Assembly: GCF_009914755.1 (NCBI RefSeq)
Contig: NC_060928.1
From: the human T2T-CHM13v2.0 reference genome, Homo sapiens
DNA: 64,000 nucleotides
Strand: one strand, 5' to 3'
Part shown: positions 1 through 13,350 of the stretch, in pieces
How positions within the stretch are numbered: position 1 is the stretch's first letter
Layout: each line of letters opens with the position of its first letter
Notes under the pieces: generated by a model
The model's database searches: none
Told to the model about the DNA's origin: nothing
The model's input: the letters and a program-made list of their open reading frames with translations, nothing else
Position numbers and translations under genes: made by a program

Positions 1-112
1 AACTCTTGTTTATATCAATTAACCTACAGTAAAATTGGTTTTAGTATATGTTGTTTCACTTAAAGTTGCAGTTTCCAAGAACCTATGGAAGATGTTAAGT
101 GAGGACTTACTG
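1..112. mobile_element. End of a TcMar-Tigger non-autonomous element (MER82-like)
   Basis: Ends ttccaagaacctat...gttaagtgaggacttactg followed by a TA target site at 113-114. Confidence 0.7.
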
Positions 113-114
113 TA

Positions 115-830
115 GTCATAATTTTAATTTCTCTTATTTTGAGAATTGCATATTTTCTTATGTTTAAGGGCCAAGAAATTTGTATGTATTTTTTTAAAAC
201 TTTGTATTTCATCTTTTTTTTTTCTATTGAGATTTTGTGGGTTTTTTTCTTAATTTTTGAAGAGCTTTTATCTATTAAAGTTTTAAAGATTTAGTCTTTA
301 TGTTTGGGATACATGTTGCAGATGTTTTCTTCATTTTTAGTCTTTTGACTTTTCTTTAGCCATACAGAAGTTTCTGCCTCCCTGCCCCCAACTTTTAATT
401 TTATGGTATGTAATTGATTGGTCTTTCCTTGGATCTGGATTATAAGTCATAGCTGTAAGGGCTTTCCTGTAATTATGTCTCCTGCTAATACTTTTATGAT
501 TTTATTTTTTTAAATTTAGATATATAATTCATTTGTAGTTTACTCTGGTATGTAGTGTGAGATATGGATCCACTTTTATGTTTTTCCTAATAGCTTTCCA
601 GTTTCCCCAACCTCAGTTTTCCATCTCTCCTTTTCCTTCAGTGAGTTGAGCTGACACTTTTATCATGTAACAAGTTTCCACAGCACTTGGTCCATTTCGG
701 GATTTTCCCTTTTGTTCTGTTGGTCTATCTGCCTATACCTGTGTCAGTGGCTCACTGTTTTAAATATACAAATTTCATAGTACATTTAAATCTGTATATA
801 GGGCAGTGTTAGCTCATTCACCATTATATG
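115..830 (-). mobile_element. Old L1M fragment (ORF2 3' region)
   Basis: T-rich, with degenerate antisense L1 motifs such as tatgtagtgtgagatatggatcc and tctgttggtctatctgcct. Confidence 0.6.
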
Positions 831-856
831 TGAGTTAATAAAACATTTTTTCACCT

Positions 857-928
857 ATCCCTTATTTTTAAACAAATAGCCCCCTTTATTTTAAACAAAT
901 AGCCCCCCTCTCATTTTAAGCAAGTAGA
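857..928. repeat. About three copies of a ~23-bp unit (ccct/ttattttaaacaaatagcc)
   Basis: Directly visible; third copy diverged. Confidence 0.75.
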
Positions 929-1953
929 ATTATCATATTTTTTCTGAACAGTATATAATTGTGGACATTTTTATGACTCCTTGCCAAAAATACTGATTTG
1001 CTAAATTGTTTTAAAACATGGGGCAACTGATATAACAGTTGTCACAAAATTTAACAATTTAAAATTTTTTTAACATTTAAATTTCAAAAATTATTAATAG
1101 CCTAAAAGCTAACCAGTTTGCATTTCTTTAATTGTTCAAAAGATTACACGTTTTCTTATATGCTTGTTAATTAGTTATCATTTCTTCTTTTGTGACTTGC
1201 TTTTCATGTTGCCTTGACATTTTAGTGTTTTCTTATTAATTTATATGAACATGTGTATAAAAATACTATTCCTTCATCAATCATGCTTAGTGCAATGCTT
1301 ACCCGGTTTAATAAATTTTTAATGTTATTTGTGGGTTTTTTTGACAGGCTAATATTTTGACTTTTAGGTTGAAAAACTCTGACTCTGCTTTTATTATTTC
1401 AGTAGTCATTTCTAAAATTATTCCACATTTAGAGGGTCAATATATAATTTTATGTGAATACGTAATATTTCTTTAAAACGTAAGAAGAATTCTAACTTGC
1501 CTAGTGATCTAATGTAGGTTTGCAGCAGTAAATTAGAAGGCAGAAGGGGTGTCACAGGCAAGCACACTGACAACTTTAAGAAGTGACATCTAGTGAAAGG
1601 ACAAGAGACTTTCTAAAAATATCACACAGAAATCCTCAAAATTATAGCAATCTAAGGCCATTGAAGTTAGGACAAACAAACCTCAAAGTGCCCAAAACTA
1701 ATATCCATAAAGCAATTGCAGAGTTATTATGAAAATATTAAATGACATTCAGTATATCATGAGGAAGAAGCAAAATAATATGTAAGGTGTTTTTGGAGGC
1801 ATTTCCAGCTCAGATAATTAAATATGAAAAAGAATTGGTGCTTAGAGGCAGAAAATCTTTAGCTAACTAGGAAAATTGACTATGAAGAATGATTTGTTCC
1901 CAAGGGTTTTCTAGTTAGATGACATTTTATAAAAATTATTTGTTATTTCTTTT

Positions 1954-2763
1954 TTAAAAAAAATTTATTTATTTATATTTTCATAAGTTATTTGGGGTAC
2001 AGGTAGCATTTGGTTACATGAGTAAGTTCTTTAGTGGTGATTTGTGAGATTTTGGTGCACCCATCACCAGAGCAGTATACACTGCACCATATTTGTAGTC
2101 TTTTATGCCCCACCCGCCTCCCATTCTTCCCCCCAAGTTTCCAAAGTTTATTGTATTATTCTTTTGCCTTTGCGTCCTCATAGCTTAGCTCCCACATATC
2201 AGTGAGAACATACGATGTTTGGTTTTCCATTCCTGAGTTACTTCACCTAGAATAATAGTCACCAATCTCATCCAGGTCACTGCAAATGCTGTTAATTCAT
2301 TATTTTTCATGGCTGTGTAGTATTGCATCATCTATATTTACCACAGTTTCTTTATCCACTCATTGATTGATGGGCATTTGGGTTGGTTCCACAATTTTGC
2401 TATTGTGAATTGTTCTGCTATAAACATGTGTGTGCAAGTAAGTTTTTCGAATAATGACTTCTTTTCCTCTGGGTAGCTACCTAGTAGTGGGATTGCTGGA
2501 TCAAATGGTAGTTCTACTTTTAGTTCATTAAGGAATTTCCACACTATTTTCCATAGCGGCAGTGCTAGTTTACATTCCCACCAGCAGTGTAGACGTGTTC
2601 CCTGTTCACCACATCCACCCCAACATACAAATGGCTAACAAACATATGAAAAAAACGCTCAACATCACTAATGATCAGGAAATGCAAATCAAAACCACAA
2701 TGTGATACCACCTTACTCCTGCAAGAATAGCCATAATCAAACAATCAAAAAACAGTTGATGTT
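1954..2763 (-). mobile_element. 5'-truncated L1PB-type element with a 5' inversion (about 2626-2763 lies in + orientation)
   Basis: L1PB 3'UTR signature (ggttacatgagtaagttctttagtggtgatttgtgagattttggtgcacccatc). ORF 2338-2544(-) is L1 ORF2 C-terminus ([12 protein letters not shown]...WNQPKCPSINEWIKKLW). Degenerate TSD tgttatttctttt (1941) / tgttatttatttt (2760). Confidence 0.88.
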
Positions 2764-2914
2764 ATTTATTTTCTGTGGCTTCCTTGATTACAATGACCTT
2801 GGGAATAATGATCATGTTTTTTTCCTCAATTCCCCTTTGGTGCCACACATTAGTAGGTGCTGAATGTCATCCAGGTGCCATTGTTCTATATATTTACTTT
2901 TTAACACATTTATT

Positions 2915-3010
2915 ATACCACTATCTAAGGGAAGAAACTAAGGCTCAGAGAGGTTAAACTCCTTCCCAACATTGATTTTGGACCCAGGACTACCTGGCTC
3001 TCTCCACATA
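2915..3010 (-). mobile_element. MIR fragment
   Basis: gaagaaactaaggctcagagaggttaa core. Confidence 0.65.
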
Positions 3011-6000
3011 GCTAATGTCCTTCTCCTGAGTCCTGAGTCTAGTGTCATGCCTAGACTTAGTTCATTGTTTACCAAGTAAGTCAGCAATTAAATAACTTAT
3101 TATTAACTATCATTAATGAGAGCTTGGAAGTGGGTGAGATCATTTATAATTTTATTGGAGAGACAGGCTTTATACACATAAAATTAGATCTCAACAAAAT
3201 TATAAAGTCCACTATGTTAATTGATTTTCTCAGATCAACTGACTTAGCCTGGAAGCCCTTACAAAGCAGCAATTCGATTTTTCTAGAATCTGAAAATATT
3301 CGTTTCTGAAGAGAATGAAACTCGTGTCAGCTTGCTGTAGGATTAAGGCACCATTCCATGTGTTAAATGGTCTTTTACTTCTCCCTCTACTGAAATCTTC
3401 AATGGCTACCTCTTATCTTGTTCATTATAAAAGACAAAAACCAAAGAAAACTCTTTGTCTTCAAGGCTGTCCCGACTGTGGTGTGGATGTCTCCTGTTTC
3501 CTTACATCATTTTCCATACAAAAATATTTCTGTTCAGATGAGGTTTTTGAAGTCACTTTTGTACTTGTTCTATCCCTTATTCCTCTCACCTTTCGTGTTT
3601 ACTTTAGTGATGATTTAAAAACATACTTACCTAGCAAAATGAAGCAATTTGTACACCTTTTAAAAAAATAATTAATGAATTGTTGTTTCAAAAACATCCT
3701 TGGCTTCCTTTCTCATCATAAACCAGCTATACAAGACAAATAGTGTGTATAAAAGAGGTTTTAATTTCCATATATGGTGTGGGAAAGCATATAAAATTTA
3801 TACTGTTTTATGATGCAAAAGTGTAAAGGTTGTCAGGGGGTTTTCAAATGGCCCATAAATCCAAGTGCCCAGGTGTGGAGGAGAGCTGCAGGTAAGTCAT
3901 GAGAGACACTGATGGGCATCACAGATTACAATTCCATTTTTTCATGGAACACAGAAAATGCCAAAACTGAGGTATATTGTCTAACTCTTCCGACTTCATC
4001 TAATGTAGGAGCTTTCTTATAGAAGATAATGGGCATAGGATATGTTCCTTCTAAGATTGCCAGTCCTGTTGTGTGGCCCTCAGTAATGCCTAATGTAGTG
4101 CCAATAACTCAGTGCATATTCAATCAGTAATAAATATTTACAAATGTGGGCAATGATGGGGGGAAGGAAATTTCCTAACTATCTCTCTGCATTCTACCTT
4201 CCTACTTATGCTACAATAAGCCCTTGTATTTTCTTGAACCTGTAATTTATTGAACCATGTGTCAGCTGCCATCTCTGCAGGACCTGGTTGTACCACTGCT
4301 GATTCAAAGGATATGCACTTGAACATGTACAGTGCATGATGCAGAGAATCTTGAGGATGCAGACATGAATTAGCATTGATTGGACTTTGATGGATGAATA
4401 TGTGAAAAAGAGGATTTTCTACTGCAAAGAATGATTTGACCAATGAAGATAGAGAGGCACAGTGTGGTGTACTTAAGAAACACTGAGGTAGATGAGAATC
4501 ACTCAAATGGAGAGTACATTGGAGGAATAAGAAAGAGATCAGAGGGGGATGTGAGAGCAGAGAAGTTGACTGAAAAAGTCTATGCCAAATTTATAGTTTA
4601 GAAGTTATTTTGTATGCATCAGGGATTCAACTAAACTTTTCGGGCAGGGCAGTGACACGGATCAGAGCTTTTTTTCAGCAGAGTAGCTCATGTAAGTCAT
4701 AGGATGAATTGGAGGCACAAGCCTCATTCAATGATGCCCAGTTAAATGGTCTTTTTCCCAAACCCTTTACTAATGGCCCCAATACACTGACTCTTGAAAT
4801 AGCATGTTGTTTCACTGATAAGCAGCAATGCTATTATTCCATTTTCTGGGCGGATGCACTGCTCATCCATCCCCCATCCCAACACTAACCTTGGAAGGCT
4901 TCTAGTGTTGTTGAAAGGAGGCACTGAAAGTTACATAGTGTCTAAGAGTGGAAATCAGGAGAATAGAAGGCAAGGTGCTGCCAGATGATCTTAAGAGCCA
5001 CTTGAAAAAGTAATATATATATTACATCATACCTTCTATCCCCCTCCCTTTTTATCACCTCCATCCGGACATTGCCACACTCATCCACTTCCACTCTAGT
5101 TCACATCTTTCTGTTCTCATTCCCAAGGCAGCCCAGGCAGCCCTCCAACTGGAAACCTTGCAACAACACCTCACCATTGTCATCACAGCTAATCCCCAGC
5201 CTGCGTGCTGTGACATTTCCCACCTTTGAGTCACTTCTCTCCTTTTAGCATCTCTACATACTGCTGATCCTAGTGTATTGTCTATTTAGTAAATTACAGC
5301 CTACTTTGATGTTAATTTTAACTAGTTTCTGTCAGTTTAAAATTCTGTTACAAGCATAGTACATATTCTTTCCAAATCTCACAGTCTCATAGGAAACGTC
5401 ACAGGAGCTACCTTGCTAGAGATATTTCTACCCATTGAAGAGGCCAATGTAGTTATTTATTATTGACGATCAAGAGCAGTAACCAAAGTTAATGATAAGC
5501 TGGTATGTTAGAAAGAATTTCAGTGGAAAAGCTAAAGATCAAATTATTAAGATCTCATTCTTTAAATTATTAAAATGTTTGATGCCTGTTTTGTAGAAAT
5601 TCTGAGAAGTTTTAAAAAACAGGAAATAGTATATATCTCAATGTAAAATAGTTTTGATTTTCAGTTGTTTCCATTTGGATTCTAGAAAAATGAGGCTTTC
5701 AGTAAATATCCAATTAAAAATTCATTAAAACAAATAGAAAAATGCAAGTCCATCTGTTTTACTGGTACTTCAGTGTAGATAAGCCTGGAAAATAAAATAA
5801 AGATGCTTCATTGAACTTTGGTTTATTCAAGACCATTGTGAAGATAAATATACTTTAAATGAACACATTAATAAAATAAACAAATTCCACAAATTTAGTC
5901 CAGCCCAACCACATATCCCAGAGTTTTTTGTTTTGTTTTGTTTTTGACTTTTAACTTAGGTGATACTCAGTTGGTGAACATACATAATTGCTACAAATAA

Positions 6001-6139
6001 TTATTTTCATAACATACTCTCCACACATTGTACAATGACTGGTGTTGGTAGTAGTTGCAGTAGGAGTAGCAGAAGTGAAAGCAGTGGTGATGATAGATAT
6101 AAGCAAGGTGTTGTTATTGCTAATTTTACTTTCCAACCA

Positions 6140-6380
6140 TCACCATTTGTGAGCATTCTTATTTGGTCAGATACTTTGCTGGGTACTTATAAAGAATTAT
6201 CCATAAATATCCCAACTATCTAACTAGGTTGATAGTCCTATCCCAACTTTTCCAAAGTAGAGAGTGATGCTCAAAGAGCTTAAATAATTTACATCATGTT
6301 TTATATTTCATAACTGACAGAGCCAAGATTTGAACTCAGATATCTGGCTGTAAAACTCCTGCCTGTTTTGCTATCATGTA
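6140..6380 (-). mobile_element. MIR
   Basis: cagagccaagatttgaactcagatatctggct plus upstream core remnants. Confidence 0.65.
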
Positions 6381-7764
6381 CTGCAATGTTATCCTGTGTC
6401 AGTTTATCCGCATGATGTAAAGTAAGTGAACTATACGATAACATGATTTGCCCCCACTTCAAGGCCCACTTAGAGGTATGTAGAACTATAGTCCCTCACT
6501 TTGACTTTTTTTTTGCCTTTTCCTCTGCTTATTCAAACAATTCCTTTTTGTCTGATGTGTGTATGTAAATAGCTTGCTTATCACATGACCACATGCCAGA
6601 CCAGCTGGTCATTCGACTCTTTGGTGGCTAACACGCTCCCAGGTGGCTCTGCCAGTCTTGGACGTGGTAGAGTGGTATCCCACAAATTCAGATAATGTTA
6701 GCTATTTTCTCCTGGGAACAAAAAACCCATGCAGAAATGGAGACCACATTCTTTTGTCAGATAATAAAGAAGGCTTCTACTATTTAAGGATGCTTACTAC
6801 ATGTCTAGCACTTTCCCTTGTGTCACCTAATTTTACCATAACACTAAAATGAAAAGAATAAATTGTCACTTAAATTTTCTTTTGATGAGAACTGAAGTAC
6901 TTCAGTACTGTACATGACTCCTAGATTTCCTATTTTAAAGAGTAACTTGCAGTTATAGCTTGCAAACATCTATGACTCAGAGCACCTCCTCATTGCCGTC
7001 TATTGGTAAGTCTCAAAGAAGGTAGATCAATTTTAGATATGATTTGATCAAAGTATAATCAGGATAATGGCTCTGGAGAAGTGAAACATAAGCACTCCTT
7101 AAACAAATATAAATGTTTATTATTTGTGCAGTTGTCAGACAATTTAGCATAAATGAGACTTTTCCTAATAACTCTCAACTTTAGTTATTCCTTTCCTTTC
7201 TTTAACTTCATAATGCAAATATGGCCCAAGACTACTTAGTGGAGTCACAAATTGCTCTGTAGCCATTGCATGTTTACAGGAACATGTTAAATTTCTAAGT
7301 GTACATATCACCTATAATATGTAAATATAGTTAGCAACAGGGTCACTTAGCTTACAAATAAATGCCTTATAGGCGAGTTGGAAGGAAGAAAGATTATTTT
7401 TCTACCTTGTGGAGGAAGGTTCCTTGGTTAAAAAAAAAAAGGCAAAATATTAAAAGAATGGATTCTATTGATTTCTTTACAACGGAGTTAAAATTTTGTA
7501 GGAAACAGGCAAAAAACAAATTTCTTGCTGACTCTAAAATCTTGACGTGATTATACTGTGATGGGATTAAGCCTTATATGGGTTGGTCATTTTCATATAG
7601 AGGTGGTGGTGGGCAGCCCAATTCTGTATCCATGGTGTACATTTGCATATCTAGGTAGTGTTTGGGAGACTGAATAATTTTTCAGTTATCACTCACAGGC
7701 TCATATGCAGGTAGCCATATTCTCTACACGTAACAGAGTTTGCAATGTGTGATTCACCTATGTC

Positions 7765-7910
7765 AGTATTACCTGGAGAATTCCGCTACAGAATTCTGAT
7801 ACCCCTCCTCCAACCCCACCATTCTGTACCACTGAATCAGAACCTTGGGCTAATTTTTTACCAAATTCCTTAAGTGTCCTTAAGCATCCAATATTTAATA
7901 ACCATATTCT
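7765..7910. mobile_element. MER5-like hAT-Charlie remnant
   Basis: attacctggaga...actgaatcagaacc...ttttttaccaaattcc pattern. Confidence 0.45.
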
Positions 7911-8054
7911 TAGTATAACTACTTTTTAAAATATTCCTTCTACTATTGGTCTACAACTTGTATGCACCAAGTACACATTATGTAAAATTTCTACCATTTA
8001 ATGGTTAGGAATTTACTGAAATAAAGTTTATATCACAGAACTATAGAGATAATA

Positions 8055-8270
8055 ATAATAATAGCTATCACATATTAAACATGTGAACATATGATGACCC
8101 ATGGCCATTCAAGATCTCTGATTCTCACAGCCCTGCATGATTGATGAGGTTATTCCTATTTTACATTTGGGGAGACAGGTTGGAGAGGATAAGTAACTTG
8201 CATAAGGCCACACAGCAAGAGATGGAGTTAGGATTTAAATCCAAATATGGCTTAGTCCAAAGCCTATACT
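8055..8270 (-). mobile_element. MIR
   Basis: attcctattttaca...agaggataagtaacttgcataaggccacacagc...ggatttaaatcc. Confidence 0.75.
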
Positions 8271-8299
8271 GGAATCTGGCAGTGACCCTTAGTTAACTT

Positions 8300-8412
8300 G
8301 CAGCCCATGCTGGAAGCAGGAGCAGAGGATGGGATCAATTTCATCTCCCCTCTGTGTACATCAGGTGCCTCTGTGCAGTGAGCAACCTGAATTACTGTAA
8401 CTGGTGGCCTAG
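8300..8412. mobile_element. MER91-like hAT remnant
   Basis: ggtgcctctgtgcagtgagcaacctgaattactgtaactggtggcctag resembles the MER91 terminus. Confidence 0.4.
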
Positions 8413-9729
8413 GTGATGCTTTCAGTGTGCAAATTCTCAGGCTGTATAATATAGACCTAATATCTTACAAACATATAAAGCATGTTAGGCAGCAGACTAA
8501 AACCCAACAAATGGGAGAGGGATGAAGGGAGGGGAAAGCTAGGAGATGGCTTATGGATTGCCCCAATACTATTGATTTATTTTGACTGCCTTTGGGTTCT
8601 TGTGAGATGGCTTTACACTCTTATTTTGTGATGGAAGATCCTTATATGATCTCTTAACCTTTTAGCTAGAGTCCAACATAGTTTAGTTGGGTTTCATCTG
8701 CATCTATATTGTATCCACCATCTTATTAATATCCAAACTGTATCTTTGATACCAAATTGCAGTATTATTTATATGATATTCAAAAATTAATTGGACTTTT
8801 CTGTTTAGATGTGTTTTTGCTAATAGTTTCATATGCCATGTGCTTATGTATTATCGGCTTTTTTTTTTTTTTTTTACCGTAGCTCACATTTGTGGCTCCT
8901 TTTATGCATTTATATCCTTTTCACACCTTTTCTAGCTCAACTTTTACAAATTTTTACTTTATTTGATTCAAGATTCCTTTTTGCATTCTTTAAGCTCTCC
9001 ACTAGGACTCATCACAGAAAACTAGGAGAGTTTAAACCATCATATTAAAAAAAATGTTAGTTTACGCAGTTCTGATGAGTTTTATAAAAAAAAAAAGTAA
9101 GCATGGAAAGTCACTAATTTTTCAGACAAAAACCATGGCTAAATCTTCAGATCATCATGCTATTTGAGGCAAGAACATTTTATAAATTAGCCATGCAATT
9201 ATTGAGCACTCACTGTGTGTCATCTACTGTACTAGATCTCTTGCATATTTGTAGCTCATTAAATTTAATCACCACAGTCAGTCTTTTGGAGACTGCATTC
9301 CAGAAGAAGAGATGATATGGCATGGCTGTCTCATTACATACCTGTCACAAATCCTAGAAAAGAGCATCCCAGTAAATATTTTATTTCTAGTGCATCAGCT
9401 ATGGATGTTGCCTACAAAATGAGCCACAACCTAGAGTTCTTGAAGTGTTGTCATGAATGTTCTCCTTGTTGCTATTTTCTTAGAAGGTCGCCTTTTACTT
9501 TGTTCTCACCCTTTATGTCAGAAACATAGAATTAGATACCTTTAGAGGCTTTTTACACCCCCAAGGGCCTGTTCTCAGAGCTGTATATTTTTTAATTCTT
9601 TTGTTCCATTTCCCTCCTTTGAAACTGAGATAATGGACCTAATAAATTCAGAGTTTGTCCAGATACCTGTATTGATAAACACTAACTTGACTGGACAGAG
9701 CATGAAATATGTTTTGAAGACTTATTTTT

Positions 9730-10013
9730 GGCCGGGTATGGTGGCTCACACCTGTAATCCTAGGACTTTAGGAGGCCAAGATGGGTGGATGGCCTGAGCG
9801 AAGTGTTTAAGACTAGCCTGGACAACGTGGCAAAACTCCGTCTCTATAAAAATTAGCTGGGCGTGGTAGTGTACACCTGTAGTCCTGGCTACTCAGGAGG
9901 CTGTGTAGGAGGATGGCTTGACCCCAGGAGGTTGAGACTGCAGTGAGCTGTGTTTGTGTCTCTGTACTCGAGCCTGGGCGACAGAGCAAGACCCTGTCAA
10001 AAAAAAAAAAAAA
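9730..10013 (+). mobile_element. AluJ
   Basis: Starts ggccgggtatggtggctcac; J-type right arm ggaggatggcttgaccccaggaggttgagactgcagtgagc; A tail. Confidence 0.93.
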
Positions 10014-11519
10014 GAAACAACTTTTTTTTTACACTTCAATAGAGCTTTCTTAAAATCAGATTATGAGATAAAAAGTAGTTGCCTGCAGAAAACTTAGTGA
10101 TTTGGGGTGTTATATACTAATGGTATGGGGCCTATCTCAAAGCCACTATTGAAGACTATGGGACTTCTGCCTCTATTAAGGGAGAAGGACAGTTCATGGG
10201 ATCGTTTTCCCTACTTATATAATGATAAATAGTTGTTACTATTTATCAAACTAACTTTTATCCCATCTCTTTCTTGGATGTAGGATTCTACTGGAGATTG
10301 CTTTAGTTAGCCACTGAAATTCTGAAAGCAAATACAACTTCAATTATTGAATACCTGAGTGTCAATAATGAATTTATGAATCTCTTGTAGAGAATACAAA
10401 CATAAGGAAAAAATTCTAACATCTCTGAAAAGAAATAGCGTTCAGCTTTTTAATAATAGATGCATACGTATAATGTAGTCCTATTGTGTTGTATTAATAT
10501 TTTACTTTTAGGAATATTACACATAATCTGTACATTTGTTATGTAACTTATTTCTTATAAGCTCAAGCAAAACCCTTTTTTGGATCTTAAAGTCTACTCA
10601 CTGCTTTGTTTATTGTGCATCAGCAATATCCTGCACGCTTGATTCTCTCAGGACATGTGAAATAGATCAGTGTAATGTGTATAGGCACTTTAAGCTCCAG
10701 AGAAAAGTGTGATGGAAATACCAAGTTACATTATTCTAGGCAAAGTTGAAGAAGGAATAGTTCAAGGGACAATGCTGTCTTTTCTGAGGCTGTATCTCAT
10801 TAATAATGCATTATAATTTAGAATAAAAAGTAATGTTGCATTTCTTACATTCAGTATAACTCTAGCTTGTTTTCACGACCTCTTCATAAGCTTAATGCAT
10901 GAGTTTTATTTGATTATCAAACTGTTTTGGATGTCAGTTATGTCAAACACATAGGTAGATTAGGGTATATGATGATAAATGGCATATTTTCTATTTCAGA
11001 AGATAGGCATGCATATTAATAATTGAAAGGCAAAACTGAAAGTTTTGAGCCACATGATTTTTATAAAAAAATTACAGAAATTTAGATACAATAAGATCAC
11101 TTTCAACCTAGGGAAGCTATTCTTCTTAACGTCTCTGTATTACCAGTCTCATTCACTTAGCAACCTTATCTTGCATATGGAAAATTTTACCTGAGTGTGT
11201 TGAACTGTTTCACTCATCTCTTCTTTTATACCTTAGTTCTCTTCCTCTATGTGTTCAAGGGAGGACAACTTAATGTTTTGTTTTTATTTTTGTTTTTTGT
11301 ATACTCATTCTCATCCTGTTTCCCAAGCATCATTTTGAATATAGAAATACTGCCTCTCAAACCTGGCAAGTATTGCTTTCCTTCTGTATTTTAAATGACT
11401 CTTGAAATTTCACCTCATGTGCAGAATCCTCTCATTTGATCCAAGAAGTAGGTATGGATTTTTCTGCTACTCAGCATTGATAACAAACAATTAATTTCTT
11501 CCTCTGATTTCCTGAGACA

Positions 11520-12140
11520 TATATTCAACGTTTGATTAGTACCTTTTATGTGTCAGGAACATAAGTGAATCTGGAATGAATTTCTCAAACACTGACAAAG
11601 GAGACAGGCATATAAACAATAGATTACAAAATGACAGGGTGAGTGCTACAATAGCAGTGTTATGTTTGTGCTGCATTGTAAAGACAATGAATAGAACACC
11701 TAACCCTGCGAGAGCTGAAGAATAGGACTGAAATAGAAAGGGAAGAGAATCACTGAAAGAAAGGACCAGTCCATACAAAGAAGAATGGAAAAAGACAGAG
11801 ATTGGGTCAGATTGTAGCAGACACTGTATTCCACACCACATCAGTTGGGTTTATACATGATAATAATACATTGTGCTTAATGTAGGGCTGCATAGAAGGC
11901 AAGAAAAAAATATTAGCTATGATTGCTAAAAATATTATTGCTTATTTTTAATTGTAATAGCCCAATAAGAAATCAGGAGCCACTGGAGTTTTTTAAGGAG
12001 AAAAATTATGAGTAGGTATGTACACACAAAAAATTTCTGGTGTTAGTGTACAATATGGATTGGAGGGAGAAAGATGGGGATGGAAGATCAGATGGCAATT
12101 GTAACAACAATATAGGCAAGATGTAATTCGGTTTTGATGG
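11520..12140 (-). mobile_element. L2 fragments
   Basis: attcaacgtttgattagtacc...tgtgtcagg; ggagccactggagttttttaagg. Confidence 0.55.
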
Positions 12141-12149
12141 CAGTTGCGA

Positions 12150-12290
12150 GAATTAACCTTTCTGTATCTCAGTTTCCTCATCTGTAAAATATGGGGATTA
12201 GAATTGCATCTAATTTATTGGGTTGACATGAGGATTAAGTGAGTTAATATTTTTCAAAGCTCTTAACAAACTATGTGTTTGTTAAGTAAA
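12150..12290 (+). mobile_element. MIR
   Basis: tctcagtttcctcatctgtaaaatatgggga core. Confidence 0.8.
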
Positions 12291-12437
12291 GTTCAAACAG
12301 ATTAATATTGCGTGTCTGTCTTTTGCATATACATGAATCCTAGATTATTATAATTGGACATGTACTATCTCCACGTCATGTCCTCTGCATAGGCAGTAAC
12401 AAAGAACTACTTGTTTCTGTTGATTATAATTATGATA

Positions 12438-12643
12438 ATATTTCATTGATGCTTGTCTATTCAATACTATCAAAGATAGAGGTCAGTGTTGGTGTCTCAG
12501 ACAAATACATAATATCATCTTGACTACTCTTGAGCTGATCATATTTCATTGATGCTTGTCTATTCAATACTATCAAAGATAGAGGTCAGTATTGGGATCT
12601 GAGACAAATACGTAATATCATCTTGACTACTCCTGAGCTGATC
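12438..12643. repeat. Tandem duplication, 2 x 103 bp
   Basis: Units 12438-12540 and 12541-12643; 6 mismatches by eye. Confidence 0.95.
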
Positions 12644-13122
12644 ATGTTCAGTGGTAGCAAAATTCTTCTCATGTATATCCAGTAGTAGTCACTGTGGTAC
12701 ATCAGAGTACAAATATTTTGAAGGTATGTGCACATATAGTAAAAACTAATTTTTTTGTTGTCATCAAGGATTCTATTGAACTTGAATTTCTTCCCAGAAA
12801 GAGTCTATGACTATTCTAGGCTCACCAGTCATAAATCAAATTATAGCTTTTGACAAGTACATTGTGATAATGTTGTGGCATGCTACTCCTAAGTCTGATT
12901 AAATAAAGCACCTGTTCTTTATAAATCAATTTTGCTAAATTTTGGACTATGAAAATACTGGCTTAGCTTGGTCTGACATTCTGATTTTCAGTGTAAGATT
13001 ATTGCTGATTAAGAATAAAATATTGCTGAAACCTGTCGGAGAACCTACTGAAGTTCAACTGGCCAGAAATTCTTTGCATCAGCCTTCCTTTGGCTTTTCA
13101 ACACCATTTAGACATTCTGAAT

Positions 13123-13350
13123 TAAGGTTTCTCAATCTCAGCATTGCTGATATTTTTGGCAGATAATTCTTTGTTGTTGGAACCAAACTGTTGGGTATTG
13201 TAGGATGTCAAGCATCATCCTTAGCCTCTATTCACTAGATGCCAGTAGAAACTCCCTTCCCAATGTGACAACCAAAAGTATCTCCAGATATTGCCAAATG
13301 TCCTCTGTGGAGTGGGAGATGTGACAAAATCACTCCTAATTGAACCATTA
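13123..13350. mobile_element. MER20 (hAT-Charlie)
   Basis: tttctcaatc...cactagatgccagtag...tgtgacaaccaaaagtatctccagatattgccaaatgtcc. Confidence 0.85.

Noticed and set aside
3315-4506. 118-aa and 122-aa ORFs in apparently unique sequence
   Set aside because: No recognisable domain or convincing splice context; composition typical of random AT-rich DNA.
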